From Phycisphaerae bacterium (GTDB lineage Bacteria; Planctomycetota; Phycisphaerae; UBA1845; Fen-1342): a DNA stretch of 64,000 nucleotides. The position numbers were made by a program, and so were the translations under genes. Where the stretch lies: assembly GCA_050115495.1 (NCBI GenBank), contig JASFQK010000018.1, positions 1 through 64,000 on the forward strand, read 5' to 3'. Under the pieces are notes generated by a model. The model was not told where the DNA came from. It saw nothing but the letters and a program-made list of their open reading frames with translations, and made no database searches. Below, in pieces: positions 46,757 through 57,653 of this stretch (its first letter is position 1; the number at the start of each line of letters is the position of its first letter).

Positions 46757-47785
46757 ATGACCAAGGTCTATGCCTTGATGGCGGGAGCGCTCGTGGCCGC
46801 CGCCCCCGCGCTGGCAGGCTTCACCGCGACCGCCGCCGGCCCGATCAATTCGGACGGCCTGTGGGGCTCGGCGGCCAACGGTTGGTTCACGTACGACTAC
46901 GCCGGTGCGGACTTCTACATCGGCGACATCAACTTCTTCGGCGAGGTGACGAGCGGGGGTGTCGGCTCGTATCAGTCCGAGTTGCTGGTGGGGATCACCG
47001 ATCCGCTGGGCAACACGGCGTTTCTGGACGGCTTCGGGCCGGCGTCGACCTGGACGGGCAAAGTCGCCGTGGGGCCGCTGACCTTCCCGGGTCTGGGCGA
47101 TAGCATCGTCGGCACCGCGGGCACCTATACGTTCACGTTCTGCGAGACATATGACGACGTTGGCCTGGACGCGTTCTGGGAGAACCTGTCCATCGAGCTG
47201 GCCGACGGTGTCGAGCCGCCGCCGGCGCATCCGTGGCCGACGGATCTGCTGTGGGAGGACTTCGAGGCCGGCGTGCCGCCGACGGGCTGGTCCGCCGTAA
47301 CGAACAACCCGTTCACCTGGGAAGCGGACGTATACGATCCGTACGAGGGCCTCTCCTCGGCCACCTGCTTCTTTGACGAGGACAACACCGGGTCGCAGGA
47401 CGAGTGGCTGATCACGCCGGTGATCAACACGATGCACGCCGACGTGGCCGTCGGCGGACAGACACGCGGTAGCCTGTACTGGGGCGGTGGGGAGCCGAAC
47501 GACAACTACGACGTCGAGGTGTGGATCGTCAACGGGGCGGACGTCAATGACGGCGACGACGTGTACGTGGGTTTGCTCGACGACTGCTGGGAGGATTCCT
47601 GGGTGTGGTCGCCGTTTGAGTACGACCTGAGCGGGCTCTACGCGCCGGGCGTGGACTTCCGCGTCGGTTTCCGGTACGCCGGCTCGAACGGCGCGGCCGG
47701 GAGCATCGACGCCGTGTACATCACTCCTGAGCCGGCCTCGCTGGTGCTGCTGGCGTTGGCCGGCCTGGCCTTGCGCCGCCGCTGA
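46757..47785 (+). CDS. PEP-CTERM surface protein 4 (unrelated N domain plus choice-of-anchor J-like domain)
   Basis: Signal peptide (APALA-G); EDFEAGVPPTGW..QDEWLITP..DLSG..FRY..IDAV; TPEPASLVLLALAGLALRRR. Confidence 0.88.
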   Translation: MTKVYALMAGALVAAAPALAGFTATAAGPINSDGLWGSAANGWFTYDYAGADFYIGDINFFGEVTSGGVGSYQSELLVGITDPLGNTAFLDGFGPASTWTGKVAVGPLTFPGLGDSIVGTAGTYTFTFCETYDDVGLDAFWENLSIELADGVEPPPAHPWPTDLLWEDFEAGVPPTGWSAVTNNPFTWEADVYDPYEGLSSATCFFDEDNTGSQDEWLITPVINTMHADVAVGGQTRGSLYWGGGEPNDNYDVEVWIVNGADVNDGDDVYVGLLDDCWEDSWVWSPFEYDLSGLYAPGVDFRVGFRYAGSNGAAGSIDAVYITPEPASLVLLALAGLALRRR

Positions 47786-47837
47786 ATGGTGTTTCTTCGC
47801 TGCTCACACACGGGCGGCGGTGGAAGCGCAAGCAAGT

Positions 47838-47870
47838 GCGGGAGGCTTCCCCGAAAGGGGAGCCTCCCGC
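47838..47870. terminator. Strong hairpin between convergent genes
   Basis: GCGGGAGGCTTCCC-CGAAAG-GGGAGCCTCCCGC. Confidence 0.75.
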
Positions 47871-47897
47871 GGCCATTTGTCGGCGGGGCCGAGGGTG

Positions 47898-49721
47898 CTA
47901 CTGCGGCTGGCGGAACGGCTGGTGCTGCTCGTAGAGGGCGACGCGGGCCCGGTACTCCTCCGCGTTGGCGGTGGCGTTGCTCTTCACGGCCAGATCAAGC
48001 GCCTGCCGGGCACGGCTCAGGGCCTCGTCGAACCGACCCAGCTCGGCGAGGGCGGCTGCCAGCGTGTCCAGGTAGGCATGAGCCGCATACCGCGTCTGTT
48101 CACAGACCTTCGTGGCCAGCGCCAGGGCTTCCTCGCCGTTGCGCTGGGCGTCGTCCGGGGAGGTGGCCAGGGTCCAGGCCAGTCCGTTCTGAAGGGCGAG
48201 GGCCTCGGGGACGTGCTCCAACCCGCGGCGGAAGATGGCCTCGGCCGCATGCGTGTCGTGGCCATCCAGGGCGATCGAGGCCAGACCGAGATACGCCGCC
48301 ACGATGCGCGGGTTGATCTCGAGGATCTTCTCCCACTCGGCTTGGGCCGCGGGGATTTGGTCGTGGTCCTTGAGCATGATGGCGAGCGTGCTGCGGGCGG
48401 CGATGAGGTCGGGCCGCAGCTCGACAGCTCGGCGCAGGTGAGCGAGGGCATCGTCCGTGCGGCCGGCCGAGTTCAGCCGCATGGCCAGCAGGGCGTGCAG
48501 TGAGGTGTTGTCCGGGTCGGCGTCCACCGCGGCCTGGAGCAGGTCGATAACCTCCGCCGTGCGGTTCTGCATCTTGAGCAACAGCTCGTAGCGTTGCAGC
48601 GCGCCGACGTTGTCGGGGTGTTCGGCGAGGACGCTGCGGAAGAGCTGCTCGGCCTCCTCGTGCTGGCCGGCGTCGGTGAGCGTCTGGGCCAGGTTGGAGC
48701 GGGCGTTCACCGACGTGGGGTCGATCTCGAGGATACGGCGGAAGATCTTCTCGGCCTCGGGGAAGCGGCGCTGCATCGCCTGGATGTAGCCCATGGCATT
48801 GAGAACCTGGATGTCGTTCGGGTTGACCTCGGCGGCCTGGTTGATCAGTGATTCGGCCTGGACGAAATCGCCGCGCTGCGCCACGAGGACCGCGTCGTCA
48901 CAGAGCACGCCGGGAGCCAGGCCGCTGCGCATGACGGCTAAGCCGATCGGGTCGTCGATCGTGGGGGTGCCGCCGGCTTCGGCCCAGCGGGCGTAGTGCT
49001 GCGCGTCGGCCTCGTGGCCGGTGGCGCGGAGGATGCGGGCGACGCCTGCATTCGCGGCGGGGTAGTCCGGGCTCATGCTCAGGGCGATGCGGTATTCCCT
49101 GAGGGCCTCGTCCTGCCGCCCGCCGATCTCGGCCACGCGGCCCAGGCCGTAGTGGGCCCGGGGGTTGTCCGGCATGATCTTCAGGATGTCGTGGTAGAGC
49201 GTCGCAGCGCGAGCGGTATCGCGCTCGACGAGCAGATCGGCCAGGTGGAGCTGCGCCGGCACGTAGGCGCCCTCCAACGACACGGCGTGGTCGTAGGCGG
49301 CGATGGCCTGTTCCGTGCGGCCGGCCGCCTCTTCGGCGAGCCCGGTGCAATACCACCAGGGCATCTCCTGCGGCATGAGGCGGGCGGCTTCGGCGAAGCA
49401 GGCAGCGGCCGGCTCATAGAACTGCTGGGCGAAGTACATCGTGCCGAGGCGGCCCACCTTCAGCGCATCGTCGGGTGCGTGGCTGGCGTCCCAATGGGCC
49501 GAGGAGATCTTCATCTCCAGCGACATGGTCAGCTTCCTGGCCTGGTCGTCGGTGAGCTTCGGCGGGACGAAGCCGGTCGAGCCCTGGCCGGTGGCGGCGG
49601 CCTGCTGGGTCGTTGGCGTCTCGGTGGCCTTCCGGTCGCAGCCGGCCGGCAGAATGAACGCGGCGGCCAGGAGAAGGATCGCGCCGCATCGCCGACGGTC
49701 GAAGCATGGCACGCGTGACAT
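47898..49721 (-). CDS. TPR-repeat lipoprotein
   Basis: Lipobox LPAGC; many TPRs; C-terminal NGLAWTLATSPD..RNGEEA..LDTLAAA motif typical of planctomycete TPRs. Confidence 0.85.
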   Translation of the reverse strand: MSRVPCFDRRRCGAILLLAAAFILPAGCDRKATETPTTQQAAATGQGSTGFVPPKLTDDQARKLTMSLEMKISSAHWDASHAPDDALKVGRLGTMYFAQQFYEPAAACFAEAARLMPQEMPWWYCTGLAEEAAGRTEQAIAAYDHAVSLEGAYVPAQLHLADLLVERDTARAATLYHDILKIMPDNPRAHYGLGRVAEIGGRQDEALREYRIALSMSPDYPAANAGVARILRATGHEADAQHYARWAEAGGTPTIDDPIGLAVMRSGLAPGVLCDDAVLVAQRGDFVQAESLINQAAEVNPNDIQVLNAMGYIQAMQRRFPEAEKIFRRILEIDPTSVNARSNLAQTLTDAGQHEEAEQLFRSVLAEHPDNVGALQRYELLLKMQNRTAEVIDLLQAAVDADPDNTSLHALLAMRLNSAGRTDDALAHLRRAVELRPDLIAARSTLAIMLKDHDQIPAAQAEWEKILEINPRIVAAYLGLASIALDGHDTHAAEAIFRRGLEHVPEALALQNGLAWTLATSPDDAQRNGEEALALATKVCEQTRYAAHAYLDTLAAALAELGRFDEALSRARQALDLAVKSNATANAEEYRARVALYEQHQPFRQPQ

Positions 49722-49824
49722 GGTCAACCCACCTTTCGCTGTCTGGTCGTATTGAGTCGTGCGGGACAGGGCCACGAGCATAGAGGATAACCGCCAGACC
49801 GGCTCTTGAAAAACCGGCGGACGA

Positions 49825-52302
49825 TCAGGCCAAGCCGGATCGCTTGCGGACGGCCCACTCGATAGCCAGCGTGATGATCAGGACGACGAGGAGCACTTCG
49901 GGTTCATCGGTCACCGTTCCGTAGTGCCGCCGCGTCCACACCTCGCGCCGGCTGTCCGCCTGCGTGAGACGTTCGAGCAGCTCCGGCAGCTCGTGCAGGG
50001 GAACGTACGCGCCGCCCTTGTCGCCGGTTTGCTCGGCGGCGGCGCGGAGGAGGTCGAGGTTGGCCGTCGGCGGGGTGAGCTCGAGTTGACGCTCGATGAC
50101 GGCAAAGGACGTTCGCGCCTCCAGCAGCGTATCGTCGGGGCGGGGCAGCCGGCCGGTCGTGCCGGGCTCGGTCAGCGTAGCGCGGAACTCCAGCACGTAC
50201 TCGCCGGCGGCGTCGAGGGCGAAGTCCCCCGCCGCAGCGGGCAGTTCGGCCGTGAGCTGATTGCCGTGTCGTTCCACACGTAGCGGCTGGCGGCGCTCGC
50301 CGGCCACGAGGACCAGCTCGGGACGTACGAGCTGTCGGCCGGCGGGGTGATCCGGGTCGAGTCCGCTGACGCCGGCGCGAATGCGAACGTGTTGCTGGCC
50401 GGCGCTGAGAGCGGCGAGCGAATAGCCGGCCTGGTCGGTGAGGACCCAGGCCCGCGGTCGGCGGTCGGCCAGCCACCAGATCAACTGCCGCCACATCCGC
50501 CGGTGCAGACGCGAGCCCTCGTCCGACGCCAGCGCCCAACCCCACGTACTCTCCCAGGCGGCGGCGAGGCAGCGCCCACGGCCCACCTGCTGAGCCACCA
50601 GCAACGGGTGGCGGGCGCCGTCGTCGGCGAGGATCTCGGCGGCCGGCTGTGGGTCCTTCAGCAGGGCGGCACCGCCCAACAGCGGGAGGTCACGCCACAT
50701 CGCGAGTTCGTCCGGCTGGGTCGCGGGGTTGGCGGCCGTGTCGAGGGCCGCGCCACGCAGCACCGGGTGCGCCAGGCCCGCAGTGGTCGGTACAAACGGC
50801 AGCGGTCCGGCCAGGCCGAAGTCATCCCGGACCAGCCGTGTCGGGCACACGTCGGCCAGCGGCGTCCGCCCGAAGCCGGCATCGTTGAAGAGCCGGCGTC
50901 CGCCGCAGAGCAGCAGGCCGACGCCGTCCTCGGTCACGGCGTGCCGCAACGCTTCGAGCGCATCGCCCGACAGCGTGGCCGGTACGCCGCCGAGCACCAC
51001 CACGTCGTAGCTCGCCCAGGACAGCTCGGGTGTGGCGGCCGAGCCGCCGCCGGGGCCGGCGTAGAGATAGCGGCTAGTGAGCTCGAGACGCGGTTCACCG
51101 GCGAGAAGGCGGGCGACGGTGGCGGCTTCCGGTCGTGGCGGCCCCTCGACCCACAGGACGCGGACGGATTCGTCCTGGACGTCGACGATCGTGGTTGTCT
51201 CGAAGACGGCGCCGCCGGAGCTGGCGGGTAGCGTGACGCGGGCAGTAAGGCGGTGCAGGCCGGCACTGGGCGGGCGGACGTCGAAGGCGGCGTCGATGTG
51301 CTGGATGTCGTGGTCGATGCGGGCGGTCCGCGTGCCGGCGACATCGGCGTCCCACAGCAGGTCGATCGTGATCGTGGCGGTCCGGCAGCCCTGCACGCGG
51401 GCGGCCACCGGCACTCGCAGCCGGTCGCGCAGGCCGAGCTGTCCGGGAACCGACAGACGCTTGAGCTCGACCAGCGGCGTCGAGCCGGGTGCCGGGCCGA
51501 CGCCCACCGCCCACAACGCCGTGCCGGCGTCGGCCAGATCGCGAGCGGCGCGGGGCAGGGCGTCTGCCGCACTGACGTTGTCCGCTCCGTCGCTGACCAG
51601 CAGGATGCCGGCGGGCGGGTCGCCGGCGGCGGAGCGAAGTGCACCGGCTTCGCGGACGGCGGCAGCGAGGGCGGTCGCCGGTTCCTTGGGCGAGATGAGC
51701 CAACGCGACAGGGACGTCACGCCGGCGCCGACGCCGAGGAGGCGGGTCTCGTAGCGTTCATCCAGGCGAGCCAGGGCGGCCTTGGCCTGGATGAACGCGA
51801 CGTTGGTCTGGGAGGCTCGCGGCGAACGGAGGGTGGCGCCGTCGGTGTCGCTGAGGCCCATCGACTCGGTCTGGTCGAGCAGGACGATGAGTAGCGGTTT
51901 CTGCCAGTGCCGCGTCATCCAGTCCCACGTCGGTCGGCCCAGCATGACCAGCAGCAGCAGGCAGGCGAGGCAGCGGAGCACGATCAGCACGCCGTGCGTG
52001 AGCCCGTGCAGCTCGGTGCCCTGCGGTCGGTAGACCACTACCGTCAGCCAGACGGCCGCGGCGGTCGCCAACACGCCGAGCAGGGCCAGGGCGGCGGACG
52101 TGCCCGAGCCGGCCAGCCAGGTTCCCAGGAGCAGCGCTCCGACTGCGGCGGCGACAGCCCACGCCAGTGGCACGCCCTGTGTTCGCCACCACGTGTGCGC
52201 TTCGCTCTGTGCGGGTGTGGCCCGGCGGTACGCAACGAGAGCGCAGGCCGCGGCGAGCACCACCACGAGCCAAGCCGGCTGCTGCCATGAGAAGGAGGCC
52301 AT
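49825..52302 (-). CDS. Membrane protein with vWA-like and class I glutamine amidotransferase-like (DUF1355-type) domains
   Basis: N-terminal TMs; LLDQTESM and LVSDG (MIDAS-like); YDVVVLG..GLLLCGG; QVGRGR..W; C-terminal EWAVRKRSGL. Confidence 0.75.
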   Translation of the reverse strand: MASFSWQQPAWLVVVLAAACALVAYRRATPAQSEAHTWWRTQGVPLAWAVAAAVGALLLGTWLAGSGTSAALALLGVLATAAAVWLTVVVYRPQGTELHGLTHGVLIVLRCLACLLLLVMLGRPTWDWMTRHWQKPLLIVLLDQTESMGLSDTDGATLRSPRASQTNVAFIQAKAALARLDERYETRLLGVGAGVTSLSRWLISPKEPATALAAAVREAGALRSAAGDPPAGILLVSDGADNVSAADALPRAARDLADAGTALWAVGVGPAPGSTPLVELKRLSVPGQLGLRDRLRVPVAARVQGCRTATITIDLLWDADVAGTRTARIDHDIQHIDAAFDVRPPSAGLHRLTARVTLPASSGGAVFETTTIVDVQDESVRVLWVEGPPRPEAATVARLLAGEPRLELTSRYLYAGPGGGSAATPELSWASYDVVVLGGVPATLSGDALEALRHAVTEDGVGLLLCGGRRLFNDAGFGRTPLADVCPTRLVRDDFGLAGPLPFVPTTAGLAHPVLRGAALDTAANPATQPDELAMWRDLPLLGGAALLKDPQPAAEILADDGARHPLLVAQQVGRGRCLAAAWESTWGWALASDEGSRLHRRMWRQLIWWLADRRPRAWVLTDQAGYSLAALSAGQQHVRIRAGVSGLDPDHPAGRQLVRPELVLVAGERRQPLRVERHGNQLTAELPAAAGDFALDAAGEYVLEFRATLTEPGTTGRLPRPDDTLLEARTSFAVIERQLELTPPTANLDLLRAAAEQTGDKGGAYVPLHELPELLERLTQADSRREVWTRRHYGTVTDEPEVLLVVLIITLAIEWAVRKRSGLA

Positions 52303-52390
52303 CACGATGCGGCACCCCGGGGTCACGGTTGCCGGCAGCGTAACGGACTTGGCCGGCACGGCAAGCGCGGGCGAAGGGCGTCCGGGGGGC

Positions 52391-52477
52391 GTTGAAAAAG
52401 GGGACAGGCACCGCGCCTCAGGCGTTGCCTGGTGTTCCGGGTTTCCTTGGGGACGCGGAGCCAGTCCCCTTTTTCAG
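52391..52477. mobile_element. MITE/REP-like element, family E (second copy)
   Basis: GTTGAAAAAGGGGACAGGCACC...CGGAGCCAGTCCCCTTTTTCAG; ends match the reverse complement of 25360-25444. Confidence 0.75.
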
Positions 52478-52484
52478 CGGCGAG

Positions 52485-52958
52485 CTATGGGGCGACCAAG
52501 TCTGTGTCCTGGTTCTTCAGCGTCAGGACGGCACAGGGGGCGTGCTGCACGATGCGTTCGGCTGTGCTGCCGATGATGGCGTGTTCGAGGCCGGTGCGGC
52601 CGTGCGTCGTGACGACGATGAGGTCGATCTGCTTGTCGGTGGCGTACTTGCAGATTCCGGCCCACGGGTTGGCGAAGAAGGCGTCGACGACGATCTGCGG
52701 GTCGCCGGCGAACTGCTCATCCACCAGCCGCCGCAGGCTTTCCCGACAGGCGGTGAGCATGTCGGGCTCGGCGCCGGCGCCGGTGACATTGAGCGGCAGC
52801 GGCGTGGAGAAGTCGGGTGTCATCAGCGGGGCGATGACGTGGATGATGTGCAGGCGGGCCCCGAAGTGGCGACAGAGGCCAAAGGCGTGCCGCCCGCCTT
52901 TGAGGGCCAGGTCGGAGAAGTCGGTGGGCCAGAGCACGTTTTGCAGGCTGATGGTCAT
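52485..52958 (-). CDS. Universal stress protein (UspA family)
   Basis: PTDFS, DLIVVTTHGRTG..GSTAERIV..APCAVL. Confidence 0.92.
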   Translation of the reverse strand: MTISLQNVLWPTDFSDLALKGGRHAFGLCRHFGARLHIIHVIAPLMTPDFSTPLPLNVTGAGAEPDMLTACRESLRRLVDEQFAGDPQIVVDAFFANPWAGICKYATDKQIDLIVVTTHGRTGLEHAIIGSTAERIVQHAPCAVLTLKNQDTDLVAP

Positions 52959-53006
52959 CGTGCACCTCCCGTCGCCGGCAGGTCGCCTCGAAGCCACCCG
53001 CCGCGC

Positions 53007-53972
53007 TCAAGGATCGCGGACAATCCAGGTCCCGCTCTGCCCGGCCAGGGCCAGGGCCATGCGTTGCAGATCACAGATGATAACGCAGGGATCGTCGATG
53101 GTGGCGCCGTCGAGGAAGTCGATCGCCGCCTGTACCTTGGGGCCCATCGAGCCGGGGGCGAACTGCTTGTCGGCCATGTACCGGCGGGCCTCGGAGACGG
53201 TCATGCGTTCGAGCAACTGCTGGTTTGGTCTGCGGTAGTTGATGGCCACGCGGTCGACGTTTGTGACGATCAGCAGGGTCGTCGCGCCGATGGCCCGGGC
53301 CAGCAGGCCGGCGGTGCGGTCCTTGTCGATCACCGCTTCGACGCCGATGTACTGGCCGGCGGGTGTGCGCTGCACGGGAATGCCGCCGCCGCCCGCCACC
53401 ACCAGCAATTCGCCTTGCTGCGCCAGTCGGCGGATCAGGTCGATCTCGACGATGGCCTTGGGGATCGGCGAGGGGACCACCCGGCGGAACCCCTGTTGCG
53501 GAATCTCGACCATCTGCCAGCCGTGCTGTTGCTGGAGGGCTCGGGCCTCCGCGGCCTGGTAGAACGAACCGATCGGCTTGGTCGGGTTCTGGAACGCTGG
53601 GTCCGCGGCGTCCACCTCGACGCTGGTGACGATACCGGTCACGCCACGTTCGATGCCGCGCTTGTGCAGCTCGTTGCGCAGACATTGCGCGATCATGTAG
53701 CTCATGCCGCCCTGGGTGTGTGCGCCGCAGATCTCCAGGGGCAGGCGGTAGAGTTCCCTGGCGGCGAGCTCAACGCGGCGGAGAACGTTCCCGACCTGGG
53801 GGCCGTTCCCGTGCGTGACGACCAAGTGGCAGCCGGCCTCGATCAGGTCGGCCAGGTGCACGGCGGTCTGCCGCGTGTTGAGGAACTGCTGGGTGACGTT
53901 GCCTTCTTCGCCGGGACGCGAGATGGCGTTGCCGCCCAGTGCGACCACCATCGGACCCTTCGTGCGTAACAT
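53007..53972 (-). CDS. arcC: Carbamate kinase
   Basis: VALGGNA, THGNGPQVG, DPAF.NPTKPIG, RRVVPSP, EAVIDKD, GSMGPK. Confidence 0.95.
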   Translation of the reverse strand: MLRTKGPMVVALGGNAISRPGEEGNVTQQFLNTRQTAVHLADLIEAGCHLVVTHGNGPQVGNVLRRVELAARELYRLPLEICGAHTQGGMSYMIAQCLRNELHKRGIERGVTGIVTSVEVDAADPAFQNPTKPIGSFYQAAEARALQQQHGWQMVEIPQQGFRRVVPSPIPKAIVEIDLIRRLAQQGELLVVAGGGGIPVQRTPAGQYIGVEAVIDKDRTAGLLARAIGATTLLIVTNVDRVAINYRRPNQQLLERMTVSEARRYMADKQFAPGSMGPKVQAAIDFLDGATIDDPCVIICDLQRMALALAGQSGTWIVRDP

Positions 53973-54142
53973 AGACACCACAGAAGTATACGATTACGGA
54001 AGTCGGCTTCCCAATGTCATCCTTATCGGTCGCGCAGCCGACCGGGAGTCAGCCGGCGGGGAAGCGGGGCGGCCGGCGGCGGCGGGCTTTCCCGTCGCTG
54101 CGCCGGCCGCGCGGCCCGTTTCGCTGTCCGCCGCGACGCGGA

Positions 54143-55411
54143 CTACGTACCCTCGCCCGAGCTGCTCAGGTACTCCACCTGCTCGCGGGTCAGCCGGTCG
54201 ATGCGGGCGTTCATCGCCTGCAGCTTGAGCTTGGCGACGACTTCTTCGATCGACTCCGGCACATCGTGCACGGCCACTTCGAGCTTCCTGCCCTTCTTGT
54301 GGCACCACTCGGCGGCGAGCGCCTGCGTCGCGAAGCTCATGTCCATCACGCTGGCCGGGTGGCCGGTGGCGGCGCTGAGGTTGACCAGGCGGCCCTGGGC
54401 CAGCAGGTGAATGCTGCGGCGGGCGTTGATCTGGTACTCGTCGACGTTGGTGCGGATGTTCTTGATGACCTTCTTCGACATCTTGCGCAGGGCCGGGATG
54501 TCGATCTCGACGTCGAAGTGGCCGCTGTTGCAGACGATCGCGCCGTGGGGCATCTTGCGGAAGTGCTCGGCCCGCAGCACGTGCTTGTTGCCGGTGACGG
54601 TGATGAAGATCTCGCCGAAGGCGGCGGCCTCGCTCATGGGCCGCACGTCGAAGCCGTCCATGATCGCTTCGAGGGCCTTGAGCGGGTTGACCTCGGTGAC
54701 GGTCACGATGGCGCCGGCGCCGCGGGCCCGCATGGCCACGCCGCGTCCGCACCAGCCGTAGCCGGCGACGACCACGTGCTTGCCGGCGAGCAGCACGTCC
54801 GTCGCTCGCACGACGCCGTCCAGCGTACTCTGGCCCGTGCCGTAGCGGTTGTCGAACAGGTGTTTGGTGTCGGCGTCGTTGACGGCGATGACCGGGAACT
54901 TCAGGGCGCCGTTCTTGTCCATGGCCCGCAGGCGGATCACGCCGGTCGTCGTCTCTTCCATGCTGGCGATGATGTTGGCCGCATCCTTCTCACGCTTGGT
55001 GTGCAGCGTGTTCACCAGGTCGGCACCGTCGTCCATGGTGACCTGCGGCTTGTTGTCGATGACGGAGTTGAGGTGGTCGTAGAAGACCGGAACGCTCTCG
55101 CCGCGGCGGGCGAAGACCGAGATGCCGAAGTCCTTGACCATGCTGGCGGCGGTCTCGTCCTGCGTGCTGAGCGGGTTCGAGGCGCAAAGGGCGACGTCGG
55201 CTCCGCCGGCCTTGAGCGTGCGCATCAGGTTGGCCGTCTCGGACGTCACGTGCATGCAGCAGCCCATGCGCAGGCCGCGGAGCGGCTTCTGCTTTTCGAA
55301 GCGCTGCCGCACGAGGGCCAGCACGGGCATGTCGCGGTCTGCCCAGAGAATCCGCTTGCGGCCTTCGGTGGCCAGCCGGAGATCGGTCACGTCGTAACGT
55401 TTCTTCGCCAT
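54143..55411 (-). CDS. ahcY: Adenosylhomocysteinase
   Basis: [57 protein letters not shown]. Confidence 0.96.
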   Translation of the reverse strand: MAKKRYDVTDLRLATEGRKRILWADRDMPVLALVRQRFEKQKPLRGLRMGCCMHVTSETANLMRTLKAGGADVALCASNPLSTQDETAASMVKDFGISVFARRGESVPVFYDHLNSVIDNKPQVTMDDGADLVNTLHTKREKDAANIIASMEETTTGVIRLRAMDKNGALKFPVIAVNDADTKHLFDNRYGTGQSTLDGVVRATDVLLAGKHVVVAGYGWCGRGVAMRARGAGAIVTVTEVNPLKALEAIMDGFDVRPMSEAAAFGEIFITVTGNKHVLRAEHFRKMPHGAIVCNSGHFDVEIDIPALRKMSKKVIKNIRTNVDEYQINARRSIHLLAQGRLVNLSAATGHPASVMDMSFATQALAAEWCHKKGRKLEVAVHDVPESIEEVVAKLKLQAMNARIDRLTREQVEYLSSSGEGT

Positions 55412-55564
55412 CGATGCACACTCCATTCCGAACCGTGAAAGTCCTTGCCACGCCGGCCCGCCGCTGGCCGGCCGACCGGGGCGATCGCCTGACCGCACCA
55501 GAGAGAAGCCGTCCAAGCTAACCGGGATTCGCGATGACGACAACCGGCCGCGGCCGGCTTGCGC

Positions 55565-57115
55565 TCAGGCCTGCGCTGCCGGGGTCGGTCGACTGAGCGC
55601 GTCGACCACGGTCAGGAGGCGGGCGCGGTCGATGGGCTTGGTCACGTGATCGTCGCAGCCGGCGGCGAGGCATTTCTCGCGGTCGGCCGCCATGGCATGG
55701 GCCGTGAGGGCCACGATGGGGCAGGTGAACCCGCGGCGCCGCAACTCGGTCGCCGCTTCGTAGCCGTCCATGACCGGCATCTGCATGTCGAGCAGAATGA
55801 TGTCGAAGGGGCCGCCGTTGGTACCTTCGGCGGCGGAGACGGCGAGATCCAGGGCCTCCCTGCCGTTCTCGGCGACGACGACGTCCGCCCCGGCGCGTCG
55901 CAGCAGCAGGGCGATCAGCCGCTGGTTGTCCGGGCCATCCTCGGCCAGCAGGATGCGGCAATCGAGCGTGGGCAACGCGGGTGACGGTCGCGTGCTCGAC
56001 GCCGACGGGGCCGCGCTCAGTTCCTCTGGCGTACGCAAGAGCCGGACGCCTCGTAGCGGCCCGGTGGCCACGGTGACGTAGAAGGTGCTGCCGACGCCGG
56101 CCTGCGACTCGACGGTGAGTTCGCCGCCCAGCTTGCGAGCCAGTCGCCGGCTGATCGCGAGCCCGAGGCCGGTACCGCCGAACTTGCGGGTGGTGGAACG
56201 GTCGGCCTGCGTGAACGGCTCGAACAGGCGGGACAGCACGTCGGGAGCGATGCCGATGCCGGTATCGCGCACGCTGAAGTGGAGCCGTTCGCTGGCCGGC
56301 GATTCATCGACGAGCCCGAGCGTCAGGCACACGCTGCCGTCCTGCGTGAACTTGATGGCGTTGCCGAGGATGTTGACCAAGATCTGGCGCAGGCGGGTGG
56401 GATCGGTCTGGATCGTCTCGGGAATGGGGCCCGCGTACTCGACCTTGAAGGTGAGCGTCTTGTTCCGGGCACGGGCCCGCATGAGCGAATCCACCTCGGC
56501 CACCAGCGGCAGCAGCGGGCAGGCCATCCGCTCGATTTCGAGCCGCCCAGCTTCGATCTTCGACAGATCGAGAATGTCGTTGATCAGGCGGATGAGGTGC
56601 TGTCCGTTACGCTGGATCGTCTCGACCGCCTCGATGGAATCCGCCGCCGCTCCCGCCTTGCTCAACTGCTCAGCCAGCACATCGGTAAACCCCAGGATGG
56701 CGGTCATGGGCGTACGGATCTCGTGGCTCATGTTCGCCAGGAACTCGCTCTTGGTGCGACTGGCTTCCTTCGCGGCGTCGCGGGCCTCGGCGAGGTCGGC
56801 GGCTTGCTCTCGTAGTCGCTCTTCGGCGGCGGAGCGCAGCCGGTTCTCGCGGTTCGATTCCCGCCAGCGCCGGATCGAAAAGATGGCCAGGGCGATTGTG
56901 ACGACGGCGGTTGCCACCAGGAGTTCGTCGACCTCCCAATCCTCGTGCTCCTCAGCGAAGCGCAGGATGTGTTCGAAGGCGTCCAGCGCCGAACAGATGA
57001 GGACCGTGGCGATCGCGAGCACGGCGAGAACGGCAGTATCCCAGGCGACGGCCCGGTTGCGTCGTGAACGCGTCTGCTCGGCGCGCGCAGCGTCGGGGTG
57101 GTCGGCGGTTGCCAC
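55565..57115 (-). CDS. Membrane hybrid histidine kinase / response regulator
   Basis: Two TMs; [24 protein letters not shown] and GTGLGL boxes; REC with LLDMQMP. Confidence 0.93.
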   Translation of the reverse strand: MATADHPDAARAEQTRSRRNRAVAWDTAVLAVLAIATVLICSALDAFEHILRFAEEHEDWEVDELLVATAVVTIALAIFSIRRWRESNRENRLRSAAEERLREQAADLAEARDAAKEASRTKSEFLANMSHEIRTPMTAILGFTDVLAEQLSKAGAAADSIEAVETIQRNGQHLIRLINDILDLSKIEAGRLEIERMACPLLPLVAEVDSLMRARARNKTLTFKVEYAGPIPETIQTDPTRLRQILVNILGNAIKFTQDGSVCLTLGLVDESPASERLHFSVRDTGIGIAPDVLSRLFEPFTQADRSTTRKFGGTGLGLAISRRLARKLGGELTVESQAGVGSTFYVTVATGPLRGVRLLRTPEELSAAPSASSTRPSPALPTLDCRILLAEDGPDNQRLIALLLRRAGADVVVAENGREALDLAVSAAEGTNGGPFDIILLDMQMPVMDGYEAATELRRRGFTCPIVALTAHAMAADREKCLAAGCDDHVTKPIDRARLLTVVDALSRPTPAAQA

Positions 57116-57484
57116 GTCTGCCTATTCCTGTTCTCGCGGACCCACAAAGCGGGTTGTATAACATATCGTCACCATGAAGCCCGGTCTGAACTGTACGCCG
57201 GCGACAGCGGCGCGTGATCGCTGACGCTGCCGTTCTTCGGTGCGACGCGAGCGCCAAATCCGCGCGGGGTGAATCCACGTTCGAGACTCCGGAAAGCGGC
57301 TATCGTTGCCGGAGGAGCACGTGGAAAGTCATCGCCAACTCCGGGCGCGCGGTGTACGTGCCGTCTGTTCGAGCGCCGAGCGGCGGCGAGGCGTCGATCG
57401 TGCAACGCGTTTTCGTCGGAGGGACCGCTCCCCGACGGTCGCAGCGCGGACGGATCGAGCATACGAGGCGTTTCCGGCATGCGA

Positions 57485-57572
57485 CGTCCGACACGGAGGT
57501 CGGCCGCTACGGAAGGCGTCTGGCGCGGCGCCCGGACAGTACATGCCGGCGCCTTCGGCTTCAGCATGCCAC
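57485..57572. repeat. Composite REP pair (families C and B)
   Basis: CGTCCGACACGGAGGTCGGCCGCTAC (reverse strand starts GTAG) and ACATGCCGGCGCCTTCGGCTTCAGCATGCCAC; the same two families occur at 239-296. Confidence 0.8.
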
Positions 57573-57653
57573 ACCCAACACGACGCCGGAGACCGGCTTC
57601 GCCCTTTGGGCTGACCGGTCTCCGGCGACGAGTTTGCGTTGGATGGCGGCGTG

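Noticed and set aside
55412..55560. SAH riboswitch upstream of ahcY
   Set aside because: I could not find the characteristic GAGGAGCG...CAGGCTC...GGCGCTC elements on the minus strand; an Rfam scan would settle it.
57116..57480. Possible tRNA or ncRNA (GTTCGAG motif) in the long intergenic region
   Set aside because: No cloverleaf or acceptor stem can be built, and no RNase P, SRP or tmRNA signature was recognised.
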